A stretch of 64,000 nucleotides of DNA. Source: Anolis carolinensis (Eukaryota). Position 1 is the first letter of the stretch. The number at the start of each line of letters is the position of its first letter. The position numbers and the translations under genes were made by a program. The stretch lies in contig NC_085842.1 of assembly GCF_035594765.1 (NCBI RefSeq), positions 49,948,782 through 50,012,781 on the forward strand, written 5' to 3'. Positions 10,481 to 25,041 of the stretch are shown one piece after another. The notes under the pieces are model-generated. The model was not told the DNA's origin. It made no database searches and saw only the letters and a program-made list of their open reading frames with translations.

Positions 10481-13400
10481 AAATTAATTTTAAAAAATCA
10501 ATGATTCCCCCCCCTCCAAAAAAAATTGAAAACTGTAGGGCACTTCATTATTTGGGAGTGTGTGCAGCAGGAAGAGTGTGACCTTCAAGCTGAAGCTTCA
10601 GCTCTCAATAGTTGTCCATGGGTGATGTAATACATCTTTGGTATATGATGGTCCTTTGTCCCCAATTGTACAATACACCAAAGCCTGGGCTACAAAGGGC
10701 TGTTAAATAGCATGCTTCTTTTGCAGGTATAGGAGCTGCCTTTTGTATTCATTCAAAACTGATCAACTATTATAAAAATTGAACTCTTGACATTCACATT
10801 TCACAATCTCTTGTTATGTCTAAAGTGTTGCCAAACATCAGGACAACATGAATAACTATGTGTAAGAACTAATAGGAACAGAAATGTCTCTAAGGTGATG
10901 TAAGTCAAGCCCTGGAAACTGGCACAAAACCAAAAGAAAAAGCATGAAAGAGACCTAAAAGTGTCTGTGTTGACATAATGGTACAAAATCAAAACTGCAT
11001 TTTCATCCCATAAAGATAAAGGACTATAATAGTTTCCCCTCTTCTCTTGAATAAGAAAGGGGACTCCTGAAAATCATCTCGCTGCCACCATGTGATTCAG
11101 TATCCCGATGAGCAGTTACTGAAGACTTACCTTGTCTTTTCCATCTTTCTCTCCTCTCCACTGGGAGAGGGGCAGATACTGGAAAACAGCCCCTCTCATA
11201 ATCCAGGTTACTGCCAAGTGAAGAAGGGGGAAAGATTCTACCTCAGCCTAAGGCTTTTGCTTACCTGGACAGCTTCCCTTGCTACTCTGGCACCCTGCTC
11301 CCAAACTCTGGAAACCAATTGGCTAAACTCACTATGTGAACTAGCCATCAATCCAGGAACAAATATCTCTCTTCCTCTGTAGTTGCCTCACCTGTGGTGA
11401 TATTGAGTTTCTTTTTCCTGGTCTTTCCTGGCAACCACTTCTAGGTGGGTTAGGCTTCTGCAGGGCAGTAGTGCTGGTAGAGGAGTATAAAACCAGAGCC
11501 CAATTCAGAATTTGGCTGTAGGAGAGCCAAGAACCATATGTTGTCATTGCCACGCTCCGTGGAAGGAGGAAAGGCCCAGCTCCATGGAAAGCAGGCCAGC
11601 AATGTTCCCAGCTGCCACCTCTTATCAAACTACTGAAACTTGTGGCAGAAGGAAAGTATGCTTCTTGGATGCCTTTCCGGGATTTCCCTTGCTACTTCTG
11701 TTGTGGGCACCAGTAGTAGCCACTTCTTGACTCCCACAGTGTAGTACCCTTCTTCTTTGAAAGGGTACGTGTGAGAAGAGTCAAAGATAGAAAAACACCA
11801 ACTGCTTCACAAAGCCGCTCCAAGCCCTAGGGGAATGGCAGCATATAAGTTTGAAAAATAAATAAATAAATATATACAGATTCCACACAGGAGAGGTTCC
11901 TCAGACACCCTTTATTTTGAGAATGTGCCAAATCACAGCTTTACTCGGGGATCAGGGCCAGAAGCAGTGGTACTTTATCAGGAGGGAACATCCAGAAGCA
12001 GTCATGGGTTGGAGGAGCGACATTTCTCCCTGAGGCCCTTCAGCTGTCTGGATGCCAATCCCTCTACTGAGCAGCCCTCTTTGCTGGGTGCTGATTCCTT
12101 GCCCAGGTCATCTTCAGTCCCAAGTGCTTTTAGGGAGGAGGATATAAATAAATAATAGTTCAGTAGTCAAAGCCTCCAAGTCAAACTATCTTCCTCTGAA
12201 GCAACATGTTCTTCTCTTGCTTTCAGGGACAAGGGTACCATAGAAATGAGCCTTTTGGGGCTCTTTAAAGTAGTCCATGATCATTTGCATTGCAAATCCC
12301 ACCTAAGCACTCTGGGCATGATTAGACACATTCCATTTTTCACATGTTCTATGATGATCCTTTTCTAAAAGGATCTCCCATGTTGTGCACATCCACCCCC
12401 CCCCCCCCAAAAAAAAAATCATATGCCACATCTACGGACTTCTTCATGTGCAGAACCTTCCTGAAAACACTGGAAGAAAGCCACACAGTGGGATCCCGAT
12501 GGGCTCCTGAGAAGGAGAGTTAAGTATTTCATTGTGTGTGGGTATGAATGCGAAAATTTGGATGCTCTGTTGTCATAAGTCATTGACATCAGGAAATAAA
12601 AACAGGCAACTATCAATAACTTTCTACTGCAGCTGACAAGAATTTGGCTTTGCTTCCTTCCCCTAGAAAATTATTGTGGTACTGAGAAGGGGCGTTAGCC
12701 ACCTGCTAGTCTCTCTCTGGGTGTGTATCACTCACACACAATACATGTGTGTGCACACAATGACGAGACTCTTTACCTGCCAGGAGGTCTATTGGCACTT
12801 CAGTTCTTTGTATTTTGGAAACAAGGGAGGCCAAATACCTCCTTCAGGTCAGGATGGGGAGGAGCTTTATTCTAAGCAAGTAATCTTACATTAGCAAAAG
12901 GGTATCTTGTACATACAGGCATCTTTCTTCAGGATTACTGAGGAGTAGTGACAAAAATCCCATCGAAACAGGCACTATAATCTGATTGGACGATATCTTG
13001 AGATTGGGTTGTCTACAAAACATGCACCCCTCAATACAACCTCCAATCCACCTCCAGCCAGAAATTGCAAATTAAAAAGTCTTACTGGAAATTCCAGATC
13101 AAACCATAAAATGTGCTGAAGTCAATCACTGTATAAACAGTGCAATGCTGCGAAGTGGAAGAAGCATTCGGAGCACCTGTCAGACCAGGGTTAAACTCCA
13201 GGATTCACAGATGAAAGCCAAATTAAAAGTTCAGCACGAAGGGAAATAAATGCCTCCCCTCCTGCAAGCAAATGACAGCATTTGGATTTCAGTGGCTTGG
13301 CTTGCTTACGTCACGTGCTGATCAGCTGTTTTCAACCAGCACTTTTCACCAGAGAAGCAAAAAAAATAAATAAATCCTGAATTCAGTTTGATTTGGAATC

Positions 13401-14819
13401 AGTGAAGTTTTGTAGACTGTGGCAGTTTTGAACAGGTTCTATGGGTGACTGTTTAGGAATTCAGAAATAAAGAGGAATTCTTAAATCCATATCCTGTCCC
13501 AGATTAAATGGCTCTGTGGAAGGGCCCAAAGTTATAAAGACAGTTTAAAACATATTCAGCCAAGGTTAGAAAGAAATATAATCTAATGCAGCTACCTGAA
13601 TCATCTACTCATGATATAAATGGTGTCCTGGGTCTTTAGATGTTTATGGAAAGTTGGGGATCTGCGTTGCCCAGAAATGGGAGAGTTCATTATCACAAGG
13701 GCACAGAAAATGTACAGACAAAACAGAATAAAGGTTATTTTACATACCTAGTTTTAATCCTGGAATGTGTGTGTGTGGGGGGGGAGGGGGAGCTCTTGCC
13801 TGAAATGAAGGTCAAAGAGGACAACCTATAAATAATCCACCTGCTTATGAGTAGTGGGAGTTCACTGGAATGAAATTTTAGGCTATTAAAACACTGCCTC
13901 CATAATAAAGAGCTTCATGGATTCATAAACAAAGAAGAACTGACTCAGGAACTACTAGGTGGGCCCTGTCAACTGTAAAAGGGTATCTGGTATGTATTAG
14001 TATATGTACAAGTGTTGTGATAAAATGAAACAGCAACCTTGCATCAGCAAAGAAAAAGCATTTCATTCTATATATTTGGATATAATCATTTTTATTACCC
14101 CAGTGACCTTTAAATAGTGATAGCACTTGACTCTAATTTGAAGGCAGTTAAGCAAAGCTAATTAATGCAGCAACACAAACTGGGGATTAGAATGGAACTT
14201 CCAGAGTAAATTCTAAATGTTCCAGATGTACTAAAACTATCCAAACTAATTCATATAATTTGTGAATTGGGAGCATGCCAACATTTGTCTGCTGCATCGA
14301 CTTTAGATTGCGACGCTCTGCACCTGCCTCTCAAGCTGTGGGGGAATAATATATTGAAAAGAATGGGCCTGCTAGAGATTAAGGTTTTGGGAGTTTTTGC
14401 TTATGCAACTTCTCCCATGGAAATCAACATGCTTGACATGGCCATGTCAACCAGCTGGACTTCAGTTTCTTTTACAGGTAACTCTGCACTTTGGCATTGG
14501 TGATAAACAAACAAAAATTCTAGGAGCATCACTGCTGACTATCCCTTGTCTCCTTCTGCCGTCCAGCTCAGCTAGTGATTAATTGGTAGGACTGAGGAAC
14601 CTAGCATTTCAATCAGGGAATGCCACATCCGATGCATTGTCACATCAACAATTCCGCTGGGTTTTGCTATGCCAAGGCAGAATGGGGAGAGCAATCAGTG
14701 ACTTGGATGGATAAAAAGACAAGCCCACAGGTTTTGTGACCTCCAGAAGAGACACCCATTTTCAGTAATTATGTGGGAAAGTCAGGGGGAGAGTTTTAAA
14801 ATGCTGTTCTGGTCAGCTA

Positions 14820-14986
14820 NNNNNNNNNNNNNNNNNNNNNNNNNNNNNNNNNNNNNNNNNNNNNNNNNNNNNNNNNNNNNNNNNNNNNNNNNNNNNNNNN
14901 NNNNNNNNNNNNNNNNNNNNNNNNNNNNNNNNNNNNNNNNNNNNNNNNNNNNNNNNNNNNNNNNNNNNNNNNNNNNNNNNNNNNNN
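14820..14986. other. Assembly gap
   Basis: Run of N. Confidence 1.
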
Positions 14987-15085
14987 GGTCTTCACATGGA
15001 GGATATAATCAGTTGTGTGTCATCATCCTGTTTGTTAAGGGAGCAACTCAAATAATGTAGAAAGGATACTCCTAAATTGGATCAA

Positions 15086-15819
15086 AGAATCATAGAATCA
15101 TAGAATAGTAGAGTTGGAAGAGACCTCATGGGCCATCTAGTCCAACCCCACACTAAGAAGCAGGAAATCGCATTCAAAGCACCCCCAACAGATGGCCATC
15201 CAGCCTCTGCTTAAAAGCCTCCAAAGAAGGAGCCTCCACCACAGCCCGGGGGAGAGAGTTCCACTGCCGAACAGCCCTCACAGTGAGGAAGTTCTTCCTG
15301 ATGTTCAGGTGAAATCTCCTTTCCTGTAGTTTGAAGCCATTGTTCCGTGTCCTAGTCTGCAGGGCAGCAGAAAACAAGCTTGCTCCCTCCTCCCTATGAC
15401 TTCCCCTCACATATTTATACATGGCTATCATGTCTCCTCTCAGCCTTCTCTTTTGCAGGCTAAACATGCCCAGGTCTTTAAGCCGCTCCTCATAGGGCTT
15501 GTTCTCCAGACCTTTAATAATTTTAGTCGCCCTCCTCTGGACACTTTCCAGCTTATCAACATCTCCCTTCAACTGCGGTGCCCAAAATTGGACACAGTAT
15601 TCCAGGTGTGGTCTGACCAAGGCAGAGTAGAGGGGGAGCATGACTTCCCCGGATCTAGATGCTATACCCCTATTGATGCAGGCCAGAATCCCGTTGGCTT
15701 TTTTAGCAGCCGCATCACATTGTTGGCTCATGTTTAGCTTGTTGTCCACGAGGACTCCAAGATCTTTTTCACACGTACTGCTGTCAAGCCAGGCGTCCCC
15801 CATTCTGTATCTTTGCATT
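15086..15819 (-). mobile_element. CR1 LINE, young 5'-truncated 3' fragment
   Basis: Open ORF2 C-terminus (EKDLGVLVD...[18 protein letters not shown]...WNSLP) and an (ATTCTATG)n tail. Confidence 0.95.
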
Positions 15820-18800
15820 CCAAAGGTAAAGGCCCATTTAATCTTATCCAAATGCCTGAACTTCTATGAAATAGCCCTATTTCTCTTCTAATATCTGTAT
15901 TCAGGGGTATTGCATTGTCAATGGATAAGATCCTTTGAGTTAACATAGCTAATGGTTATTAATCCTGAAAAAACTTCATCTTCAATTAAGTTTTCTAATA
16001 CCTTTCTGAAGCTGTTTTATTCACTGGCCATTACCATAACTTCTATCTTTTCTTTAACATTCATGTGTTCTGTCATCCTATCATTGTCTTTATTTTTATT
16101 TGTTTTAGTCTTCCATGCCAATGAGATCTGTATTTGATGCAAGAAGGCATCAAGGCAATAGGGTGTGGGATGCCAGCAGCAGTAGTGATGCCTTGAACAT
16201 TATTCCTGAACTGTCCACCCACTGCTCCCTCTTGAAATGCCATACAGACTGAAATCATCACCTAACCTTATCTGCTTCCTTCAGGTGTGGTATAGAATAT
16301 TCTTACATTATCAATTTGAATTGAGATTCAGGAATAGCGGAAGAGAAGAGGGGGCACCCATTTTGTCCTTTACAAAAGGTGAGAAAAAATTGCTGGGTGA
16401 ACATGCCTCAAAAAGAAGGCCTCTTACTACTACGTATATGCTCATTGGTTTGCTATTTCTTTTCTTCAGAATTGTTATTGTGGTGTTACAGGTCAATGCA
16501 TTTCTCATGTTAAACCTAGATTTGTGACATACAGTTCTCTTTATGCACAAAACACATGATGAAATTTTAATTATATGGTATTCTTCACCCTTTGTGCTTT
16601 TTATATTCCCAAAATAAAACAAAACATGATTATATTTGGTATTCATAATATAGTCACAGACAAACAGTAAATATGAATTCTAAAATTGGTATAAATTAAG
16701 ATAGACCAGTTATTTACAACATTTGATCCTTTAGATATCTTGGAAACAAATTCCCAGAAACCCTAAACAGCCTGGCCAAAGGTTTAGGGAGTTGAAATCC
16801 AAAATTTGTGGAGGCCAAATGTTAAAAATTAGACAACAACACTCATTTTTTTCTGTTCTGGGAAGTCATTAAAAGAGGTGGAGAAAAGAAAAGCAACAAT
16901 CAGGAATGCAAAGGAGTGATTATTTATTCTAGGAAAGGACAGGATATACTACACACTATGCACTATGAAATTATGACTGCTGAACCAGTAACCACAATTT
17001 CAGTTATCCACATCTGAAAAATATGTTCTTTCTAGGCATTTTCTTGGTTCTTCAGTAGATTCTATGATATGTTTTTGCTAGAAGCTATGCATTTCAATAG
17101 AGCTCACTATTATCTGTGGTTTCATGCTTTCTCAAGAAGGCCAGAAATGTATCCCCTGATGGCATGGGGGTTGTAATGGATGTATCAAATCAGATAAGCA
17201 GCTTTGTCAGATAACCTGTTGTCTGAATTCACATTGTGAACTTCTCCAATTTCAAAGTTTCCTTTTTAATGTTTCAGCAGGCTAGTGAAGGAAGATGCTA
17301 GGGGAAGACCTGCCTGTAATATCACTTATGCAGGTACCGCCTGGTTATGGGAGGAGGTAATACATGTGCTTGTTGCACCTGAACAAACAGGGGAGCACTG
17401 CTTCCCTATCATTGCATCTGTCAGTGATATTCCAAATTTCTGGGTTCCATAGGATGACCCCCATTAAAGTGGAATAAATAAATGGGTACCATCCGGTGGG
17501 AAGGACAGCAAATCTATATTCAAAATATAGTGAAAAAATGGTGGTGGAGGAGATTTCTAAATGAGTGGAAAGCTAAAGACTTCTGTGCTTAAACCTGGTC
17601 ATACAATGTCTTGGGGTCAACACAGCTCATATGAATGACCAGAAATTATTGTGCAACACATGATAGATAATTTTATGTTTGTTCATTTGTTTGCATTGGA
17701 GCCCTGTGAAAAGTCATCATAGGTGTCCTTCATTGTAGCTCATTTCAAAGCAACCTGCTCCACATTCTCCATTAGTTATTTGCTGCCCCCTGTTTCAGAA
17801 TGTCAAACATTGCACCATCCATTTCACTACAGCATCATGCTTTGAAAAACAAAAATGAAAGTTCTCTTTAGCATTATTACCACTATTTCATATGCCAAGA
17901 GTTTATGTTTTTTATAGCACAGAGAGATATCAATGTATCTTGGCAGTCCTTTAAATAGGTGTTTCAAATTAGAAGTTAATTTGCATTTTAAAAAAGCATT
18001 TATTACAAGTTAATGAATCAATTGATTTCTTAAGTGGGATTTAATGAAATTTATTACTGTATAAAAGAGAATGTCAGTGGCTATATAATTGGGACCTCAG
18101 TTATCAATACTAGCATTTTTAAAATTCGTGATCCACCCCTCCCCACAAACACACACAATGGAATGGTTTAGTTAATTTTGCTATCTTTCCCCTGATTTAT
18201 GGCTCTATAGAAAATAATTTCCTAATTCTTGCAATTGATTATGACTCCAAAAGCATAGCTCAGTGGGAACTCCCAGCTTATGACCACATAGATCTAAGTT
18301 GGTAACCAGTAAGCTTGATAGCTTACTGGTTATACATGGATAGCACATGGACACTTGTAAATATTGATAAACCACTGTAAAATAATTTATTTGATTTTGT
18401 TAGTGTTTTTGGATTTCAGAATTCCTCTTTTGTGCTCATGGCTCCCCTACATCTTTTGAAACGAATATCATGGCCTCCTAAACCATGAGTGAAAATCAAA
18501 TTACTGCACAACTCCGTCATACATCACTGCTAAATTTGTTGGCAAAGCATAGGTGGATAGTAGTTTTCTCTTCAGCTTTAACACTGTGCAGTGAGATAAA
18601 ATGTGCTCTGATGCTGGGATGATGTGCTATCCTTCCTGGCTCAATGCTTTAGAATCATGCAGGTTGTAGTTTCACAAGTGAGGAGGGATGGATGCAGTTA
18701 AGTGCTCCGTTGTGCTTTCTCACACATTGCTCACCAGGAAGCAAGTCATTTTGGAAAGAAATGACAACGGTGGGAATTTGGGGTTTGGAAGGCAAATAAG

Positions 18801-20137
18801 ATCAGGGAACTTTATATTATCTTGTCTTACTTCTTGATTTGATCTGAATTTAAGGCTACAGAAATTCTGTCCTGGATACAAGCTGGTAAGCCTAACACAT
18901 ATCACTTAAGGCAGTCGTTTTGCCCTATGATTCCTCCCTATTGCCTGGAAGACTGGAGAATACAGTCCAAGCTGCAAAATTCAGGGCCAGGTCCCGAGAT
19001 CTAGCAATCCTACCCTTCTCTCTACCACCTTACCAAGATGTAACTTAGACCACCTTTGCACCTCCCTCCATCCCTCCCTTCCTTTCTATTCAGGCATGCT
19101 TCATGGGAAAATGATCCTGAAGCCAAGCCCAACACCCTCATTCTTCATTCCTTTGGTGAAAGTGGGAGTCACTATATAACTAAAACATCCCAATCTGACA
19201 GTTTAAAAAGACTTTTAAAAACCTCTTAGTTTGTGAAGCTTCAGAGCTGTGTCCAGTGATCTGTCCTTGCTAGTGGTGTTGTTCGGGAAAACTTTTCCTA
19301 GAACTATATTTCATGTTGCTGGAAAGGAACATACCTGCATTTTCATGCGCAATTTAACATTTTGAATAATTGAAGATATTTGAAGCAATGATATTTTGGT
19401 AGGTCTATTGATTGGCATGGCATACCTTAAGATGTCATTCACAAAGACAAGCATTTCTGGGGAGTTCTGTCATTTACTTCTGAAAAATGTCAGATGTTGA
19501 AAACCAGATCTCCTAAATCATGTGAAATAATGTAACCAGTCTGGCATTCCAGCCTGTTAAAAAAGATTTGCTAGGCAGCTCTCAATGCATCTAATTTGAA
19601 GGATACTTTGGCTCCTGTCATTTTGGGAAAAGGTCATCTAGTTTTGGATGCATTTTTCCTGCCTTCATTAAGTCTTTAAAAGTCTACTCAGATACAGCTT
19701 CCCCTTATTTCTTTATAATAGGGGCCATCTTCTCCATGTTATTCCCTCTTTTTCTGCACCATTTGCATGTTTTTCCATAAGAGATGGGGAACTTGAAAAA
19801 GTTCAATTTAGAGTAAAAAAAATCTATAATCCATGCAGCTAGTGTGGCCATATTTTTAGTGAAAAATTTATGTTATATGACCTGAAGATAAACCATCTCT
19901 TACATTATCTTATTTTATATAATCTAATTATAGTATTGTTGTTTATATTTAATGTGTTTAATTGTATTTTATTTTAATTGCTTGAACATTTCAATATACA
20001 CGCTCTATATGCCATTTATTTTATGTGGTATTTTACATTGTTGCACTGTTACATTGTGCATATTTGGTATGCAAATGGCCTATGGTCTAAGCATTAATAA
20101 AGTACTCTTAGTCAAGGATTAACTTTTCCAAAATCAG

Positions 20138-20374
20138 AAGCCATGGTGGTGCAATGGGTTAAACCTTTGTGAACTGCTGACCTGAAGGTTGGGTTGCTGA
20201 CCTAAAGGTTGCTGGCTTGAATTTGTGGGATGGGGTTAGCTCCCATCTGTCAGCTCTAGCTTGTGAGGACATGAGAGAAGCCTCCCTTGGGCAACGTCTC
20301 TGTAGATGCCCAATTCTCTCACACCAGAAGAGACTTGCAGTATGTTTTCAAGTCGCTTCTGACATGATTAAAAA
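20138..20374 (+). mobile_element. tRNA-derived SINE with Vingi-like body and tail
   Basis: Similar to 60185-60453 and 58350-58592; ends TCGCTTCTGACATGATTAAAA. Confidence 0.75.
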
Positions 20375-21089
20375 TCCAAAATCTGAAAAAGATATTTTGT
20401 GTTGAATGAATAAGAAATGTTCTTAAAAGAAAGGTAGCAATGCTTTCTAAAAGATGGATGATAAAGCACCATAGAATATGGCTCTTTAAATAAGATCATA
20501 AATTTTTTATGTCAGATCAAAAGTGCAAAAACCAATAATAACTTCAGAGAACCAGATTTTTTACAATTGTTATTTACAATGGCATATATGGCAGGCTAGA
20601 CTACTTCAAGTTTGATTTTTTTCACTGCAGAGTTTTTAGTCTGTACACAACAAATTGGAATTTGCACTTTTTGTATGCAATCTCTCTTAGTCACAGAGTA
20701 ACAGAGCATAATTTTCTTTTACTTAGGGTGCAATAGTTTGAAAATGTTTAAGAAATCAGTTCCTGAACCTACATTAATCAATGAGTATCTGCACACAAAA
20801 ACCTATGTCATATTACTAATCAGTTTCTGCATCACACACATAAAACACATAATACCAGAATGACTCATGATTGTGCTATAGCAGCTAAATAAATAATGTT
20901 ATAGATTATAAAATATACAGAGAGCAACATTCAGTGTTTTCACTCCAGTATGTTTCTGGAATATTTTGAAATGCTTCCTGAAATATTTCTGGATTACATT
21001 GTCTAATATCTTGCAGGTATGCAAACGCTGTACTTGCTCTTTTTAAAAGGACTACTGCAATGTGCCACAGCTGCTTCCAGCACAACGAA

Positions 21090-21820
21090 TTTGAATCTGA
21101 ATTCATAGACCATCAGGTCCAGCCCTCAGTGCAGGAACTCCAGCTACAGCATCCTCAACAGATAATGCCCAGACACTTTGTAAAGACATTCACAGAAGGA
21201 GACCTCATAGCCTCTATAAGCAATTGCTTCCATTGCCAAATACAGATGTTCCTTCTAATGGTCAATCACTATGCTTCTGTTAATGGAGGCTAAAATAGCA
21301 TTTGCCTTCCTTCCTACAACATTGCACTGATGGATCATGTTCAATTTAAGGTAAACAATAACTCCAAGATCCTTTTCACATGTAGTACTACTGAGCCAAA
21401 TATCCCCATTCTATAAGTATGTATTTGGTTTTTGTGCCCTAAATGTATAATTTTGCATTTATCTTTATTGAATTTCATTTTATTGATTTCAGTCCAGCTT
21501 TCTATTTATCAAGGTATTTTTGAATTCTTTTTCTCCCTTTCAGTGTGTTAGCTACTGTTTCCATTTTTATCATCTGCAGAATTTATAAGAATTCCCTCCA
21601 CTCCATCATCTAAATCATTGATGAAAAATTGAAGAGTATTCACCCGTGGACAGATCAACTTGAGACCTCCTTTTAATTTGAAGCACAGTCACTGATTGCG
21701 TCTTTTCGATTGTAGTTTTCCAATCAATTATGGATCTGTCTGATGGCATTTCCATCTAGTCTGTATTTTGTTAGTTCATTGATAATCTCAAGGGAGAATC
21801 TTATGAAAAGCTTTGTTAAA
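21090..21820 (-). mobile_element. Old CR1 LINE fragment
   Basis: Degenerate match to the CR1 ORF2 3' half (e.g. ACTCCAAGATCCTTTTCACATGTA). Confidence 0.7.
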
Positions 21821-22452
21821 ATAGGAAACCTGAATTATTTTTATTAGGTTTGTCAACTGAGCCATTTAAAGGTATTAATTTTAAGGTGATGTATTATATG
21901 ATACTGACTACATGGCTCTTTCCTAGCCAGAACTGGAAAAAAACCTTTCAAAATGATGGAAATTGACAAAGAGGGAGGTGACTGGATACATCTCAAAAGA
22001 ATGGAAATTATTTGTATATCACTAAAAAGAAAAAAAGATGTGATCATGCTTACAAGATTTGAAAAGTGAAGTGTTTTTTGAACTTTATGTTTGAAGGTAT
22101 AATTTTAGTTAAGCAGTGTAATGTTTAGCACACTTTAATCATGCTGCTTTAAGTTTGAAGTGAAGTCTATTCTTAAATTTCTTTTTAGTTTTGTGCTATT
22201 CAGATCTTATTCTGCACAAAAGCACATACAAATTTTGTGCAGAATAAGATCTGAACTGTGAATATACCTATAAGTCCAAAATAAGCTTTTGTTGGGGTTT
22301 CTCAACAGGTTTTTGAATATTTTTAATTCTTATTCCACATCACTTATATATCCATTATGTTCATTTAGCAATATATGGATATAAACATCAATTGAGGCAG
22401 AGCGCAAGGATAACAAGGTTGCAAAAGAGTAAATCAACATACATTTATTATG

Positions 22453-22741
22453 TTATTTATTTATTGTATCAGAAAAAGAATTGAGAATACAGTTATCATG
22501 TATAGTAAAACCACAAACAAAATTTAAAACTTGGCATTATACTAAATTTCCTTTGAACAGAAGCTGGTCACTTCAAGTGCCTCTGGTGTCGCTGTAAGAA
22601 GTTCCTCCATTGTGCATTTGGCAGGGCTCAGATTGCATTGTAGTAAGTGGGGACTTGAGAGAAGCCTCCCTGCAGGATACTAACACATCCGGGCATCCCC
22701 TGGGCAACATCTTTGTTTCTCACACCAGATGTGACTTGCAG
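22453..22741 (-). mobile_element. Vingi LINE insertion with an inverted 5' segment
   Basis: Minus strand encodes HLLQCNLSPAKCTMEELLTATPEALEVTSFCSKEI*; 22649-22741 is in the opposite orientation; 11-bp TSD CATTTATTATG (22442-22452, 22742-22752). Confidence 0.75.
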
Positions 22742-24998
22742 CATTTATTATGGTGAAGATGGTTTAAGAGCTGCTTGCATAATTAAGTGATTGCTGTGCC
22801 ATCACAGGAGTAATGACACCAGATACAAGATACAGGATTAAATAAGAGCAGTTTTATCTATTGTTGCCTATTTAATTGTTTTGGTGATGAGCAAAATGAA
22901 AGTGGGGAACAATCTAGTGTGTGAGTGGCTGCAATAGTAGGTCTCACCCAGACCATATATCCAGGCTCCTCTGGGTTGCTCCCAAGTCAGCTAGAAGGGT
23001 GATAAGAAGGTTTAAGCCCACAAGCCATGTGGCCCTTGAAGGAAGCAAAGATGCAGAGATCAGCCCCAAGTACAGCAATCTTTATGCCAGTTCTTAAATC
23101 TCTTGATACATAGGAGCAGTTCCAAATTTATATCCTTTTTAATATTTATTTTTATTATATTGTTTACTCCACTCCCACCCTCCACCCCTCTCTCTGGACA
23201 TACAATTTGCACAATAAACTACAGAAATTACATTTCAAATATCAGCCTTAATTTCAATATTTCCACTCCACATCTTAATACATTTTATAAATAATGTCAA
23301 TTATTCCAAATTCTTATCTTTCATCACAGTGTGCTAGAAAGTGCACACCAACCCCCAAAATCTGCCACAAAGTCCCCATTTACAATACCAACATAAATCA
23401 ATTGCCAAGTTCTCCATAACAGCGTAGGCTAGACAAAATAAGCCCTTAATCTGAAAGAGGACAGAAGAGTGGGCCAACAATCTCCAAAGAGGGGAGAAAG
23501 GGAACGGAGCTGCTTGAAGGAGGCCACCCAAGCACCACCTCCTCTCCCCAATGTACAGGCACATGGTGCCAGGGTAAATTAATCCTGGCCTCTCACCTAT
23601 GGAGGCCAGCAAACCAATTCTCCCCCATTCCATACTACACTATGGTGGGGGGAAATCTCATTAGGTAGGGTGCAAATATGTAAGAAGTCTATCCTTTCCC
23701 ATCTGCTGGAAAAAGTTCTATAAGAAGATAAAGAGGTATCTTTCCAGTCCCCTAACCAGGCTTCGTACAGTTCAGGATTTCTGTTTTTGATAGAATTTTG
23801 AAGTGGAAATATGTGCTAGCATTTGAAGAACTCTACAAAGCTGACTTCCAGGCTACGTTTTTGTGTTGCAAAATTAGTGAGGAAGCCAATAATCACAGGT
23901 GTAAAAAGGGGACAGCAGAGGCATTGAAGCTGTCCATCAACAGTTAGTCCTGGAGAAGCAATCAGAGCAGGTATACCATTCATTTGATCAAAATCGTCCT
24001 CTCTATAGTGACATCCATTTCTGTGTAAATTATAGCTCTTATTTCGAGTTGTGCATCTACACATATGTACTAACATATATGATTTTTTGTCTTCCTGCTG
24101 GCGTTTTTCTTTTCAAAGTAGTGATGTACAAATGGGTATTCTAACATATATAGGTCCCCATACAAAACAACCAACAATTTTCTCTGGGTTGCCAAGCTCT
24201 TGGATAGAAGCAGAACCTCTTATAAACCATCTATATCAAATTGGAGCAGAAAGTATCATTGTCATGGATGCAATTGTCTTCAGCAGTAGCAAAAGATTTA
24301 TAAATCTTTCTCGTTTCCTTCCTTGGACCATAAAGAAGAGAACTTGCTAGCACAATTTCATGCTTTTTGTCAAATGTTATAACCATACAAATCCCAACAA
24401 ATCAGGTTGGGCCAAGCTGAACAATTGTCAAAGCTCAAGGCTTCTCCAGCAGGAAATTGCACTATTTTAGTCTTAAAGCTTAGCTTCTGACATCTTGTCA
24501 GGCAAAAGACAGAGAACACCTGTGACAATAAAAAAACCCACTTTCTTTATAGGCTTAAAGAAACAGGAAAGCACTGAAGGCTCTGTCAACCTATTCAAGT
24601 GTTCCAATGATAAGAGCAAGGCCTGGGTTTACTGGTTTGGGAAAGAAGCTCTTCGGGTATCTATAGGATCTTCAAGGCTAAAGGTTTTTAAAATGAACAA
24701 TTAACTCAAAATAGGTTCCAAAAATAAAAAAGAAGTCATATACAGCCTCTATCAGGGTTTCTAGTTGTGATTCATAGTCCTATCTTCCATTATAAATGTG
24801 TAACTGGAATAAAAGAGGTGTGTACGGACTATTGTTTCATGCTGTCATTTCACTTCAGGAAAACCTTTAACTCGGTGGTTCTCAACCTGGGGCCCTCAGA
24901 TGTTTTTGGCCTTCAACTCCCAGAAATCCTAACAGCTGGTAAACTGGCTGGGATTTCTGGGAGTTGTAGCCCAAAAACATCTGGGGACCCCAGGTTGA

Positions 24999-25041
<43 letters not shown>

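Noticed and set aside
11090-12790. Possible ancient DIRS-like remnant or host exons
   Set aside because: No motif could be read confidently in any frame
23740-24720. Possible endogenous viral element or coding remnant
   Set aside because: Six-frame reading gave no viral motif; at best a weak resemblance to a decayed LINE C-terminus
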